Source: Clostridiales bacterium (GTDB taxonomy: Bacteria > Bacillota > Clostridia > TANB77 > CAG-508). Taken from it: DNA of 64,000 nucleotides. The notes beneath the pieces were generated by a model. That model was not told where the DNA came from. It ran no database searches and saw only the letters and a program-made list of their open reading frames with translations. Position numbers and translations under genes: made by a program. Position 1 is the stretch's first letter, and every line of letters begins with the position of its first letter. This document shows, in pieces, positions 1 to 7,262 of the stretch. The DNA is taken from contig DNVW01000006.1 in NCBI GenBank assembly GCA_003507395.1, forward strand, positions 98,249 to 162,248. Reading direction: 5' to 3'.

Positions 1-736
1 TTGTAACATCTGCAAATCCTGCTCCATATATCGAATATGATGTTCCATCTTTCAAAGTTAAAAATTTGTTTACTTCCATATCCTGAATGCCTATATATGT
101 TAAGCTTGCCAATAATATAACTATTATAATAATATGAGAAACTAATTGTTTAGTGAAATGACTATTTCTTAGTATTTCTCTACTTACCCCATCAAAGAAT
201 ATGTTAAACGAAATTATATAATATATTACTGTATAAATTGTTAATCCTACTACAAGTAATAATATATATATTAGCATAAATTCAATAAAAGGTTTTTGAA
301 ATATAAAATAACTTATATCATAGCCAAAGATTGGATCTGCTATTTCAAATGATGCACTATTAAAGCATAACATGAAATTTTTTAGCATTATATTGGTTGT
401 TAATGCACTTATTATTATTGAGCTAATGAATGCAATTGATTTATTTACTAATTTAGGCATTGGCTTTTTATCATCTTCAAAAAAAGCTTTTAATCCCTTT
501 TTTATTTTTAAATTTGTCAAATATATTAATAAAAATAATACAATAAAATTTATGCTAAATGCTATAGCTGTATATTTAACATTTTGCCAAAATATTTCCG
601 TATACTTTTCTCCTATTTCCAATATTTCTAAATATTGACCTCTAAAATATATGTACCCAATTAGTAATACTAGTAATATAAAGGCTAATACAATTACAAT
701 TCTTTTGTTATTTTTTTTTGTTATCTCCTTTGCCAT
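1..736 (-). CDS. UPF0182-family polytopic membrane protein, N-terminal part (gene continues past the window start)
   Basis: Absent from the ORF track because it runs off the window. My reverse-complement translation from ATG 734-736 reads MAKEITKKNNKRIVIVLAFILLVLLIGYIYFRGQYLEILEIGEKYTEIFWQNVKY...FEIADPIFGYDISYFIFQKPFIEF... with several hydrophobic spans. It resembles UPF0182/COG1615 N-termini as I remember them. Confidence 0.6.
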   Translation of the reverse strand, partial: MAKEITKKNNKRIVIVLAFILLVLLIGYIYFRGQYLEILEIGEKYTEIFWQNVKYTAIAFSINFIVLFLLIYLTNLKIKKGLKAFFEDDKKPMPKLVNKSIAFISSIIISALTTNIMLKNFMLCFNSASFEIADPIFGYDISYFIFQKPFIEFMLIYILLLVVGLTIYTVIYYIISFNIFFDGVSREILRNSHFTKQLVSHIIIIVILLASLTYIGIQDMEVNKFLTLKDGTSYSIYGAGFADVT

Positions 737-754
737 TTTTTTCTTCCTTTCTTA

Positions 755-1660
755 TTATATTAATGCATTTACAAAATCTGTACTATTAAATATCTCCATA
801 TCATCAATCTGCTCTCCCACACCTACGAATTTTACAGGTACTTTGTTTTCTGAGACAATTCCTATAACAACGCCACCTTTTGCAGTTCCATCTAGTTTTG
901 TAAGAACTAACCCTGTAATATCTACTGTTTTCTTAAATGCTGCTACTTGTGATATTGCATTTTGTCCTGTTGTAGCATCTAAAACCATTAAAATTTCTTT
1001 TGAAGCATCTGGTAACTCTTTATCTATTACCTTTTTTATCTTTACTAATTCATCCATCAAGTACTTCTTATTGTGTAATCTTCCTGCTGTATCACATATT
1101 AGTACATCTGCTTTTTTTTCTTTTGTTATTTTTATAGCATCATAAACAACTGCAGCAGGGTCTGTCCCTTCTTCTTTTTTTACAATGTCACATCCAGCAC
1201 GATTTGCCCAAATTTCTAATTGTTCTACTGCTGCCGCTCTAAAAGTATCTGCTGCTGCTACTACCACTTTTTTTCCATCCTGTTTTAATCTATTTGCTAT
1301 TTTCCCTATTGAAGTAGTTTTTCCAACACCATTTACACCAACAATTAATATAACTGCTGGAGTTGTTTCCAGTTTTAAACTGTTATCTATTTCATCCAAG
1401 ATTTTTTTTATTTCTTCTCTTAAAGCTTGTCTTACATCTTGTTCGTCTTCTATTTTTTCTTTTTTTATCCTATCTCTTAAATTAGAAATTATTTTTGTAG
1501 ATGTTTCAACTCCAACATCTGACATTATTAATGCTTCTTCTAATTCTTCTAGTAGTTCTTCATCAACTTTTCTAAAATTGCTAAAAACATTATTTATTTT
1601 CTCATCAAATGAACTTTTAGTTTTACTTAAACCTTGTTTTAACTTATCGAAAAATCCCAT
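755..1660 (-). CDS. ftsY: Signal recognition particle receptor FtsY
   Basis: ORF 755..1825. The conserved protein begins at the internal MGFFDKLKQGL (ATG 1658-1660), preceded by GGAGG. SRP-GTPase motifs GVNGVGKTT, DTAGR and TKLD are present. Confidence 0.9.
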   Translation of the reverse strand: MGFFDKLKQGLSKTKSSFDEKINNVFSNFRKVDEELLEELEEALIMSDVGVETSTKIISNLRDRIKKEKIEDEQDVRQALREEIKKILDEIDNSLKLETTPAVILIVGVNGVGKTTSIGKIANRLKQDGKKVVVAAADTFRAAAVEQLEIWANRAGCDIVKKEEGTDPAAVVYDAIKITKEKKADVLICDTAGRLHNKKYLMDELVKIKKVIDKELPDASKEILMVLDATTGQNAISQVAAFKKTVDITGLVLTKLDGTAKGGVVIGIVSENKVPVKFVGVGEQIDDMEIFNSTDFVNALI

Positions 1661-1708
1661 ATATCCTCCAATACTATTATAATATTTTAAACAATACAAG
1701 TATAACAT

Positions 1709-1737
1709 ATTTAATGTAAAATGGCAACGGTTGTCAA
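1709..1737 (-). promoter_or_regulatory. Candidate sigma-A promoter for ftsY
   Basis: On the minus strand: TTGACA (1732-1737), a 17-nt spacer, then TTAAAT (1709-1714), about 50 nt upstream of the ftsY ATG. Confidence 0.4.
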
Positions 1738-1774
1738 TTGGTACGGAGATTTTGACAACAAAATTGACAAAAGT

Positions 1775-1825
1775 GTGAACAAAAGGACGGACTTTTTGTT
1801 CATAAAAGTCCGTCCTTTTGTTCAC
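1775..1825 (-). terminator. Perfect 22-bp-stem hairpin (palindromic repeat copy 1), likely terminator of the two-gene cassette
   Basis: GTGAACAAAAGGACGGACTTTT (1775-1796), loop TGTTCAT, AAAAGTCCGTCCTTTTGTTCAC (1804-1825). It overlaps the TAG stop of ORF 1825..2259 and is followed on the minus strand by a T-rich tract. Confidence 0.6.
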
Positions 1826-2259
1826 TATCTAAAAAATATATTTTTTATTTTGTTTACAAGTTTTTTTATTATTGACTCCTTATATTCAACAATAGAAAGA
1901 CTTTCTTGTGTAGGTTCTTTCTTCTTAAAAATTTCATTTGGATTAAATTGAACTTGTAAATATTCTTGATATCTTTTTTCATTTTTGGCATATACTTCTT
2001 TTAATCTTTTCTTTTCGTTTTCATCTTCACACCAATATTGTAAGTTAAGTAACGCAATAATACCTAAAGTTTCTTCTTTTAATTTTTGATTTTTTATAGG
2101 CACGTTTGGATTTATTCCTTTTATATAATTTGTATCCTTTTCTTCTCTAAAGAATTCTCTTAGTTTTTTTGGTATTTTATTTCTATGTTCATTACTTATT
2201 AATCCTAGAAATTCATCTACTTCAGAATATGCTTGTCTTGTGTTTATTGATACTCCCAT
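1825..2259 (-). CDS. Hypothetical charged helical protein, 144 aa (second gene of the cassette)
   Basis: ORF-track protein MGVSINTRQAYSEVDEFLGLISNEHRNKIPKKLREFF...LNLQYWCEDENEKKRLKEVY... Its ATG (2257-2259) directly abuts the TAA (2260-2262) of the upstream gene. No motif assignable by eye. Confidence 0.6.
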   Translation of the reverse strand: MGVSINTRQAYSEVDEFLGLISNEHRNKIPKKLREFFREEKDTNYIKGINPNVPIKNQKLKEETLGIIALLNLQYWCEDENEKKRLKEVYAKNEKRYQEYLQVQFNPNEIFKKKEPTQESLSIVEYKESIIKKLVNKIKNIFFR

Positions 2260-3480
2260 TTATTCAATTTCCACTCCTTTTGGTTCTCCACCTCTTTCAT
2301 TTGTTATTAATAGTTTGAAATTTTCCATCTGCGCATCCATCACTCCTGTTCTAGTTTTTTCTTCCGTTGTTTTTATAGCACTGGATAAAATAATATCTTC
2401 GTTGCTATGTTTTTCTATCATCGATACTAAATCTATTTTTTTATTTTCTCTAGCTGAATTTACAATTTGTTGCGGAGTTGGCAATTTGCCTGTTTCTCTT
2501 AACTGTTCTAAAGATTTATTATATTCATCTACTAATGACTTATATTTATCTATACCAATTCTACCAATTTCGTCACATAAATCTTCCATATATTTAGAAG
2601 AGTCTGGAAAATATAATGCATATTCTTTAGTTCCATTATCTATATTCATTTTTGAAAACAAATATTCGAAAAAAGCTCTCTTGTAAAAATCTTTTACTAT
2701 ACACCCGTTTTCAAAATCATCTTTTACATTTTCTAATTTGTCTAATTCATCATTTTGACCTGTAATAACACTCCAATGTAGTACTTGAGCTATATTCCTT
2801 TCATTGGCAACATCACGTATTGTTCGTCTAACTTCATCACTTGTATCAGATTTTATATAACCATCATCTTCTCTTGCTAACGATAAAGTTTCAGCAGTGT
2901 ATCTACCTTCTCTTATAAGTGCTTCATTTACAGCTTCTTTTAAATTACCTTGGAAAATGGTAACATTTAAATTTAATTTAGCTAGCTTATCTTTTTCTTC
3001 TAATGATAATGTTTCATATCTATCTTTATCTATTAAAATAGTAGCTTTATTAGATAAATTAACGTTTCCTTTTATTGCAGTATCAGTTGGAACTAGTGAG
3101 ACCATTTCAGATTGTTCTATTTGTTCTGCTAGTCCATCAATTATGGCACATGTTTTATCTGAAAAAGTATTGTTCATATCATCTGGAACTAAACCATTTA
3201 AAGACCATAATACCATAGAATTATAGTCAGAATTATATGGCACATATTGTTCTAAAGTTTTAGTATTTTCTTTACTAATCTTATTGATTTCATCCGGTTT
3301 AGTCCAATCTACTTCTTTTAATAAACCTTTCCTTCTTAATAAATCACGCATGGAGGTAGAAAACTCTGTATCTTTTTCTTTTCTCAGATACGGAACCGCA
3401 CTTATTGGACGTACTACTCCATCAACTGGAATGACATTGGTAGCCCTCACCAATGCTATATTCTTAATATCCATAAACAT
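2260..3480 (-). CDS. Hypothetical protein, 406 aa (first gene of the cassette), no recognisable family
   Basis: Long ORF with GGAGG upstream (AAAAAGGAGGGAATGTTTATG). N-terminal module ALVRATNVIPVDG...NSMVLWSLNGLVPDD...CAIIDG, then a highly charged helical C-terminal half. No Walker A, HTH or nuclease motif seen. Confidence 0.7.
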   Translation of the reverse strand: MFMDIKNIALVRATNVIPVDGVVRPISAVPYLRKEKDTEFSTSMRDLLRRKGLLKEVDWTKPDEINKISKENTKTLEQYVPYNSDYNSMVLWSLNGLVPDDMNNTFSDKTCAIIDGLAEQIEQSEMVSLVPTDTAIKGNVNLSNKATILIDKDRYETLSLEEKDKLAKLNLNVTIFQGNLKEAVNEALIREGRYTAETLSLAREDDGYIKSDTSDEVRRTIRDVANERNIAQVLHWSVITGQNDELDKLENVKDDFENGCIVKDFYKRAFFEYLFSKMNIDNGTKEYALYFPDSSKYMEDLCDEIGRIGIDKYKSLVDEYNKSLEQLRETGKLPTPQQIVNSARENKKIDLVSMIEKHSNEDIILSSAIKTTEEKTRTGVMDAQMENFKLLITNERGGEPKGVEIE

Positions 3481-3524
3481 TCCCTCCTTTTTATTACATA
3501 ATAATATTATTAAAAATATTATAT

Positions 3525-3553
3525 ATCATAATCGGGTGCAATATATTTGTCAA
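3525..3553 (-). promoter_or_regulatory. Near-consensus sigma-A promoter for the two-gene cassette
   Basis: On the minus strand: TTGACA (3548-3553), exactly 17 nt, then TATGAT (3525-3530), about 45 nt upstream of the 406-aa ORF start. Confidence 0.55.
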
Positions 3554-3601
3554 GTTTCTAAACAAAGGAGTGAACAAAAAGTCCGTCCTTTTGTTCACTA
3601 T
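3547..3601. repeat. Palindromic repeat copy 2 (deletion derivative of the 1775-1825 hairpin)
   Basis: GTGAACAAAAAGTCCGTCCTTTTGTTCAC (3570-3598) equals copy 1 minus its central 22 nt. The 25-mer AAAAGTCCGTCCTTTTGTTCACTAT is identical at 1804-1828 and 3577-3601. Looser similarity extends about 25 nt upstream. Confidence 0.65.
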
Positions 3602-3629
3602 TCACTGCTAATTGCTAAATTTGCACTTA

Positions 3630-3668
3630 TGGAGCGGTTAAGCTACAGCTTACGAACTACAATGCTCT
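3630..3668 (-). other. Possible degenerate tRNA-Thr-derived remnant
   Basis: On the plus strand, TGGAGC...CTACAGcTTACGAAc...GCTCT parallels the genuine tRNA at 7088-7140 (TGGAGC...CTACAGgTTACGAAt...GCTCT) in the same order and orientation. The T-arm is missing and the anticodon stem cannot pair. Confidence 0.3.
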
Positions 3669-3787
3669 CTTTCTAAAAACATTATATAGTAATTCCTATA
3701 TTTTTTCAAGGAAGCATGGGAATTTTTTGTAATTTATAGTATAATGTAATTGTATTATTCGCTGTAATTTATTGAAAGGAGAATAAA

Positions 3788-4192
3788 ATGATTTTTAACA
3801 AAGAGAATATTTTAAAAACACTAAATAAATATAATTTTGATTCACAAAATTATATAGTTATTAGTGGTGCAGCTTTAGTACTTCAAAATGTAAAAGAATA
3901 TACATCTGATATAGATATAACTGTTTCTAATGAATTATATAACCAATTATTAAAAAAATATAGTTGCACGTTTGAAAAAGAAATTGAAAATTATAATGTT
4001 TGGTTTATTGATAATATAATAAATTTTAGTAATCATTATTATGAAAAAATAGAATATATAGAATTATTCGGATATAAAGTACAAACAATAAAATCTGTAT
4101 TAAAATTAAAAAAGCAACTTAATCGTTCAAAAGATAAAAAAGACATTCAACACATTATGGATTTTTATAAAGATACAGACGAGGTTAAATAA
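3788..4192 (+). CDS. Small Pol-beta-superfamily nucleotidyltransferase-like protein (134 aa)
   Basis: The motif ISGAALVLQNVKEYTSDIDIT fits hG[GSA]x9-13DxD. The C-terminal ...LNRSKDKKDIQHI... recalls Lnu/ANT(2'')-type small NTases. An AGGAG RBS is present. Confidence 0.45.
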   Translation: MIFNKENILKTLNKYNFDSQNYIVISGAALVLQNVKEYTSDIDITVSNELYNQLLKKYSCTFEKEIENYNVWFIDNIINFSNHYYEKIEYIELFGYKVQTIKSVLKLKKQLNRSKDKKDIQHIMDFYKDTDEVK

Positions 4193-4212
4193 TAAATTAA
4201 CCTTGTTTTTTT
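4182..4212 (+). terminator. Rho-independent terminator of the NTase gene
   Basis: AGGTTAA / TTAACCT stem overlapping the stop codon, followed by TGTTTTTTT. Confidence 0.55.
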
Positions 4213-4381
4213 CTAGTTGCAATTTTTAAAAATTAAGGGGTTTGGGGATTTTCCCCATATAAGAATTTGTACGGGAGTATAAATTCAGTGCTGGCTAGAC
4301 ATTACTTTTACTCCCATATTGGTTAATATATAAAAAGAGGATTAAATTACTTTGCTAATTTTTTGCTCTTTTTTAAATTAT

Positions 4382-4735
4382 TTATATAAAAATATACTCT
4401 TTTAATATAATTTCTTCTGCTGTAATTTTATAATTATTCATAAGTTTTGCCCATTCAATATGATTTCTTTTTTTATTTTTTTCGAATAGTCTTTCATCTG
4501 ATTTTTTATAACTTTCCATCAAAGTATTTAATAAATCTTCTGAACTTTTACTTACTGAAATAAGATGATTAGTAAGTTCTTCTTTCATTAAAAGTGAAGT
4601 ATATAGTGCTTTTTTATATTCTTTTAAATAGGCTAATCTCATTCTTCCATATTTGTTTATAATTCCTTTTTTAGTTTCTTTTAAAGTTAAATCTGGCAAT
4701 AAATAATCTCCTTGTTTTGTATAAGTTATTTCCAT
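4382..4735 (-). CDS. tnpV: Transposon-encoded TnpV-family protein
   Basis: MEITYTKQGDYLLPDL...YGRMRLAYLKEYKKALYTSLL...WAKLMNNYKITAEEIILKEYI matches the TnpV pattern of Tn4451-type elements (from memory). It lies immediately downstream of the serine recombinase. Confidence 0.7.
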   Translation of the reverse strand: MEITYTKQGDYLLPDLTLKETKKGIINKYGRMRLAYLKEYKKALYTSLLMKEELTNHLISVSKSSEDLLNTLMESYKKSDERLFEKNKKRNHIEWAKLMNNYKITAEEIILKEYIFI

Positions 4736-4762
4736 AATAAAATCATTCCTTTCTTATTTTTA

Positions 4763-6553
4763 TTAAATATTTATAATTGTTTTTGGTATTAATAGTAGGT
4801 TATCTACTATGTTATTATCTTCAATATATGGACAATTTATAATTCCATCGTGAAAAAAATGTTGTTTTATTAGTTCCATATATAAAATCAAATCTGCTTC
4901 AGAATATTTATTATCTTCATATTTTTTTGTAGAAAATATGAAGTAATCTTGTTCTAATTTTTCTAATTCTTGCTTGTTGATTTGTTCTTTATATTTAATT
5001 CCAATTTCATTATTATTTAAAATTTCATTAAGATAATTTAAATATTCTTTATTACTTTTAGATATAAATTCATCTGTGAATTTTATATTTTTAATTTCAA
5101 TATTGTAATTTTTATCTCTTGTAATTTCTAAATTTGCTATTAATCTTTGTATTAATTCTTTCTTAGTTTTTCTATTTAAACTATCCCATAAAAATGAAAA
5201 TCCTAGTTTATTTTGAAATAAAATATTGTTATCATCTTGATAATCACAATCTAATTTTTTAAGTAATTCTACTGTATAATCTTTAAAGTCATCATCTGGA
5301 TCTAGTTTGTTTTTCTTTTGGTTTAGTTTATCTATTTCTTTTTTTATTACTTCATTTTTGTGGTTAATTACTTCAACATTTAGGGTAGAACTTAAATATA
5401 AATCTACTAACTTTTTCTCTTGTTGTTTTAATTTTTCAATAGCATTATCTATGTCTTTAATCTCTTTAGTTTTAGTAGAATTACAAACTATAATTTCATT
5501 ATCTGCATCATACATATATCTAGTTAATTCATTTAAAATACGTCCTAGTTTTTGTTCTATTTTATCTGAACTATAATGAAGTCCTTTTGATTTACAATTA
5601 GCATTTTTACAAGTCAAATGATAATAAACTTTTTCTTTTTCAGTTCCACTATTTTTAAAAGAATTAGTAGAAGAAAGTATTACACCACAATCTGGACACT
5701 TAACTATTGAAGTAAATAAATGAATATGTTCTCCATAATTAGAGTGTTTATTTTTCTCTAAATTTGCTCTTGTAACATTCCAAGTTTGTTCATCAATAAT
5801 AGGTTCACAATAGTTATTAACTCTTAAAACGTCTTGTGGTTTTCTTTTATATTTTCCATATTCAAATACACCTATATAAATAGAATTAGTTAATATTTTA
5901 TAGACTCGGTCACTTCGCCATTTACCTTGTTTCAAGTATGAATTATTATCTTTCATAATACTTGCTATGTTTCTTGTAGAATGTCCTTTTTTACATAGTT
6001 CAAATATTTCTTTAACTACTTGTGCCTCAATAGGTTCTATCTCTAAATGTCCTGTTTCTTTGTTTCTAATATAGCCATATGGTGCTTTACTAGGGTGTAT
6101 TTTAGATAATGCCATTTCTTCCATAGCTCGTTTAGTTCTTGCTCCAATTTCTTTTCTTTCTCTTTGCCCAAATACTAAATTCATTCCAAATATCATTTCA
6201 CCATTAGCAGTAGATACATCATAAGGTTCTAGTATTAATTCAATTTTTACATCGTGTTGTTCACAATAATTAAGTAGCCAAAAACCATCATAATTATTTC
6301 TAGTTAATCTATCTACTTTAATTGCAACTAATTTATCTATCTTTTTAGATTTAATATCTTTTAATAATCTTTGCATTTCAGGTCTCATTAAATCTTTTCC
6401 AGAATGTCCTGCATCATTATAGACATCAACTATTAAATAGTAGTTTTTCTCACAATATTCTTTAATCATTCTTAATTGTGAATCAATAGAATAACCATTA
6501 TCTCTTTGATCATCTGTGCTAACTCTTACATATACTGCACATCTATTACTCAT
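4763..6553 (-). CDS. Large serine recombinase (TnpX/TndX/phage-integrase type)
   Basis: N-terminal resolvase catalytic motif AVYVRVSTDDQ, a recombinase domain, a Cys-rich zinc ribbon (CPDCG...C..NC) and a long coiled-coil C-terminus. 596 aa. Confidence 0.9.
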   Translation of the reverse strand: MSNRCAVYVRVSTDDQRDNGYSIDSQLRMIKEYCEKNYYLIVDVYNDAGHSGKDLMRPEMQRLLKDIKSKKIDKLVAIKVDRLTRNNYDGFWLLNYCEQHDVKIELILEPYDVSTANGEMIFGMNLVFGQRERKEIGARTKRAMEEMALSKIHPSKAPYGYIRNKETGHLEIEPIEAQVVKEIFELCKKGHSTRNIASIMKDNNSYLKQGKWRSDRVYKILTNSIYIGVFEYGKYKRKPQDVLRVNNYCEPIIDEQTWNVTRANLEKNKHSNYGEHIHLFTSIVKCPDCGVILSSTNSFKNSGTEKEKVYYHLTCKNANCKSKGLHYSSDKIEQKLGRILNELTRYMYDADNEIIVCNSTKTKEIKDIDNAIEKLKQQEKKLVDLYLSSTLNVEVINHKNEVIKKEIDKLNQKKNKLDPDDDFKDYTVELLKKLDCDYQDDNNILFQNKLGFSFLWDSLNRKTKKELIQRLIANLEITRDKNYNIEIKNIKFTDEFISKSNKEYLNYLNEILNNNEIGIKYKEQINKQELEKLEQDYFIFSTKKYEDNKYSEADLILYMELIKQHFFHDGIINCPYIEDNNIVDNLLLIPKTIINI

Positions 6554-6710
6554 AAAATCATCTCCTCACTTCTTTCCAAACTAAAACGGAAAATAACAAC
6601 CAATTTTTGAAAATTTCTTTCAATTGTTTCCTAAATAGTTTTAATTTTTGCAACCCTAAACTAAAAATATCTCTCATTTGTTTCCTCTTTAAATAATAAA
6701 ATTGCAGACA

Positions 6711-6995
6711 CTAATTTGATAATTTTATGATAATTTGTTTGATTTCTTTGAGATTGTATTTCTCATTATGCTCTTTAATGTAGAATGGTTTATTTCTAAT
6801 CTCATTAACTTTGTATTCTAGTATTGTAAGAATAGTAGGATATGTAATTATGTACTCTATAGGTTCAACAAATTGCAGATTTGTTTTCAGTAAGTGTTTA
6901 ACTTTACCATTTTTAGTTATGTAAGTGTAGCTTTTGATGATTTCTAGAATTTCAGTATTTGGTTTTAATTCTTGTATTATTTTGAATTCAAGCAT
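6711..6995 (-). CDS. Hypothetical protein (94 aa) upstream of the recombinase
   Basis: ORF track only. No motif recognised. Same strand as the recombinase. Confidence 0.35.
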   Translation of the reverse strand: MLEFKIIQELKPNTEILEIIKSYTYITKNGKVKHLLKTNLQFVEPIEYIITYPTILTILEYKVNEIRNKPFYIKEHNEKYNLKEIKQIIIKLSN

Positions 6996-7087
6996 AAAAA
7001 ATGTTCTCCTTTCTAGAAAGAAAACATTATAGTTTTATATAAAATAAAAACTTACGATACTATATTGGTTCGTAAGTTGTTTTCAAA

Positions 7088-7163
7088 TGGAGCTACTGGG
7101 CAGAATCGAACTGCCGACCTACAGGTTACGAATCTGTTGCTCTACCAACTGAGCTACAGTAGC
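7088..7163 (-). tRNA. tRNA-Thr (anticodon CGU), CCA encoded
   Basis: The reverse complement folds as a cloverleaf: acceptor GCTACTG/CAGTAGC, D stem GCTC/GAGC, anticodon loop TTCGTAA, T stem GGCAG/CTGCC with loop TTCGATT. 76 nt. Confidence 0.9.
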
Positions 7164-7262
7164 ATAACAACTATTATTATATAGTTTATTTCATAAATAT
7201 GCAAGTATTTATGAAATAAAAGGAGTTGTTTTTTCAACTCCTTTTATGATTATTTTTATATT

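Larger units (their letters stand above)
3630..7087. mobile_element. Integrated element or remnant carrying TnpV + large serine recombinase (Tn4451-family-like core). Boundaries uncertain.
   Basis: Recombinase and TnpV genes plus cargo ORFs lie between the 3-prime end of tRNA-Thr and a tRNA-like remnant. No housekeeping genes inside. Confidence 0.45.

Noticed and set aside
1661-1825. The 55-aa N-terminal extension of the FtsY ORF (MNKRTDFYEQKVRPFVH...).
   Set aside because: The extension simply reads through the promoter and the palindromic hairpin. Conserved FtsY begins at MGFFDKLKQG, which has a GGAGG RBS.
2260-3480. An ADP-ribosyltransferase reading of the 406-aa protein (Arg in LVRATN, then an STS triad in EFSTSMRD).
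   Set aside because: I found no downstream ExE/QxE motif at suitable spacing (only ExxE). The R-to-STS spacing is short. The match is probably coincidental.
4216-6654. Possible terminal inverted repeats around the TnpV-recombinase pair: GTTGCAATTTTTAAAAATTAA at 4216-4236 against TTAATTTTTGCAAC at 6641-6654.
   Set aside because: The match is only 7+7 nt and needs a 7-nt gap, in DNA that is extremely AT-rich. Serine-recombinase elements do not need long inverted repeats. It is too weak to call.
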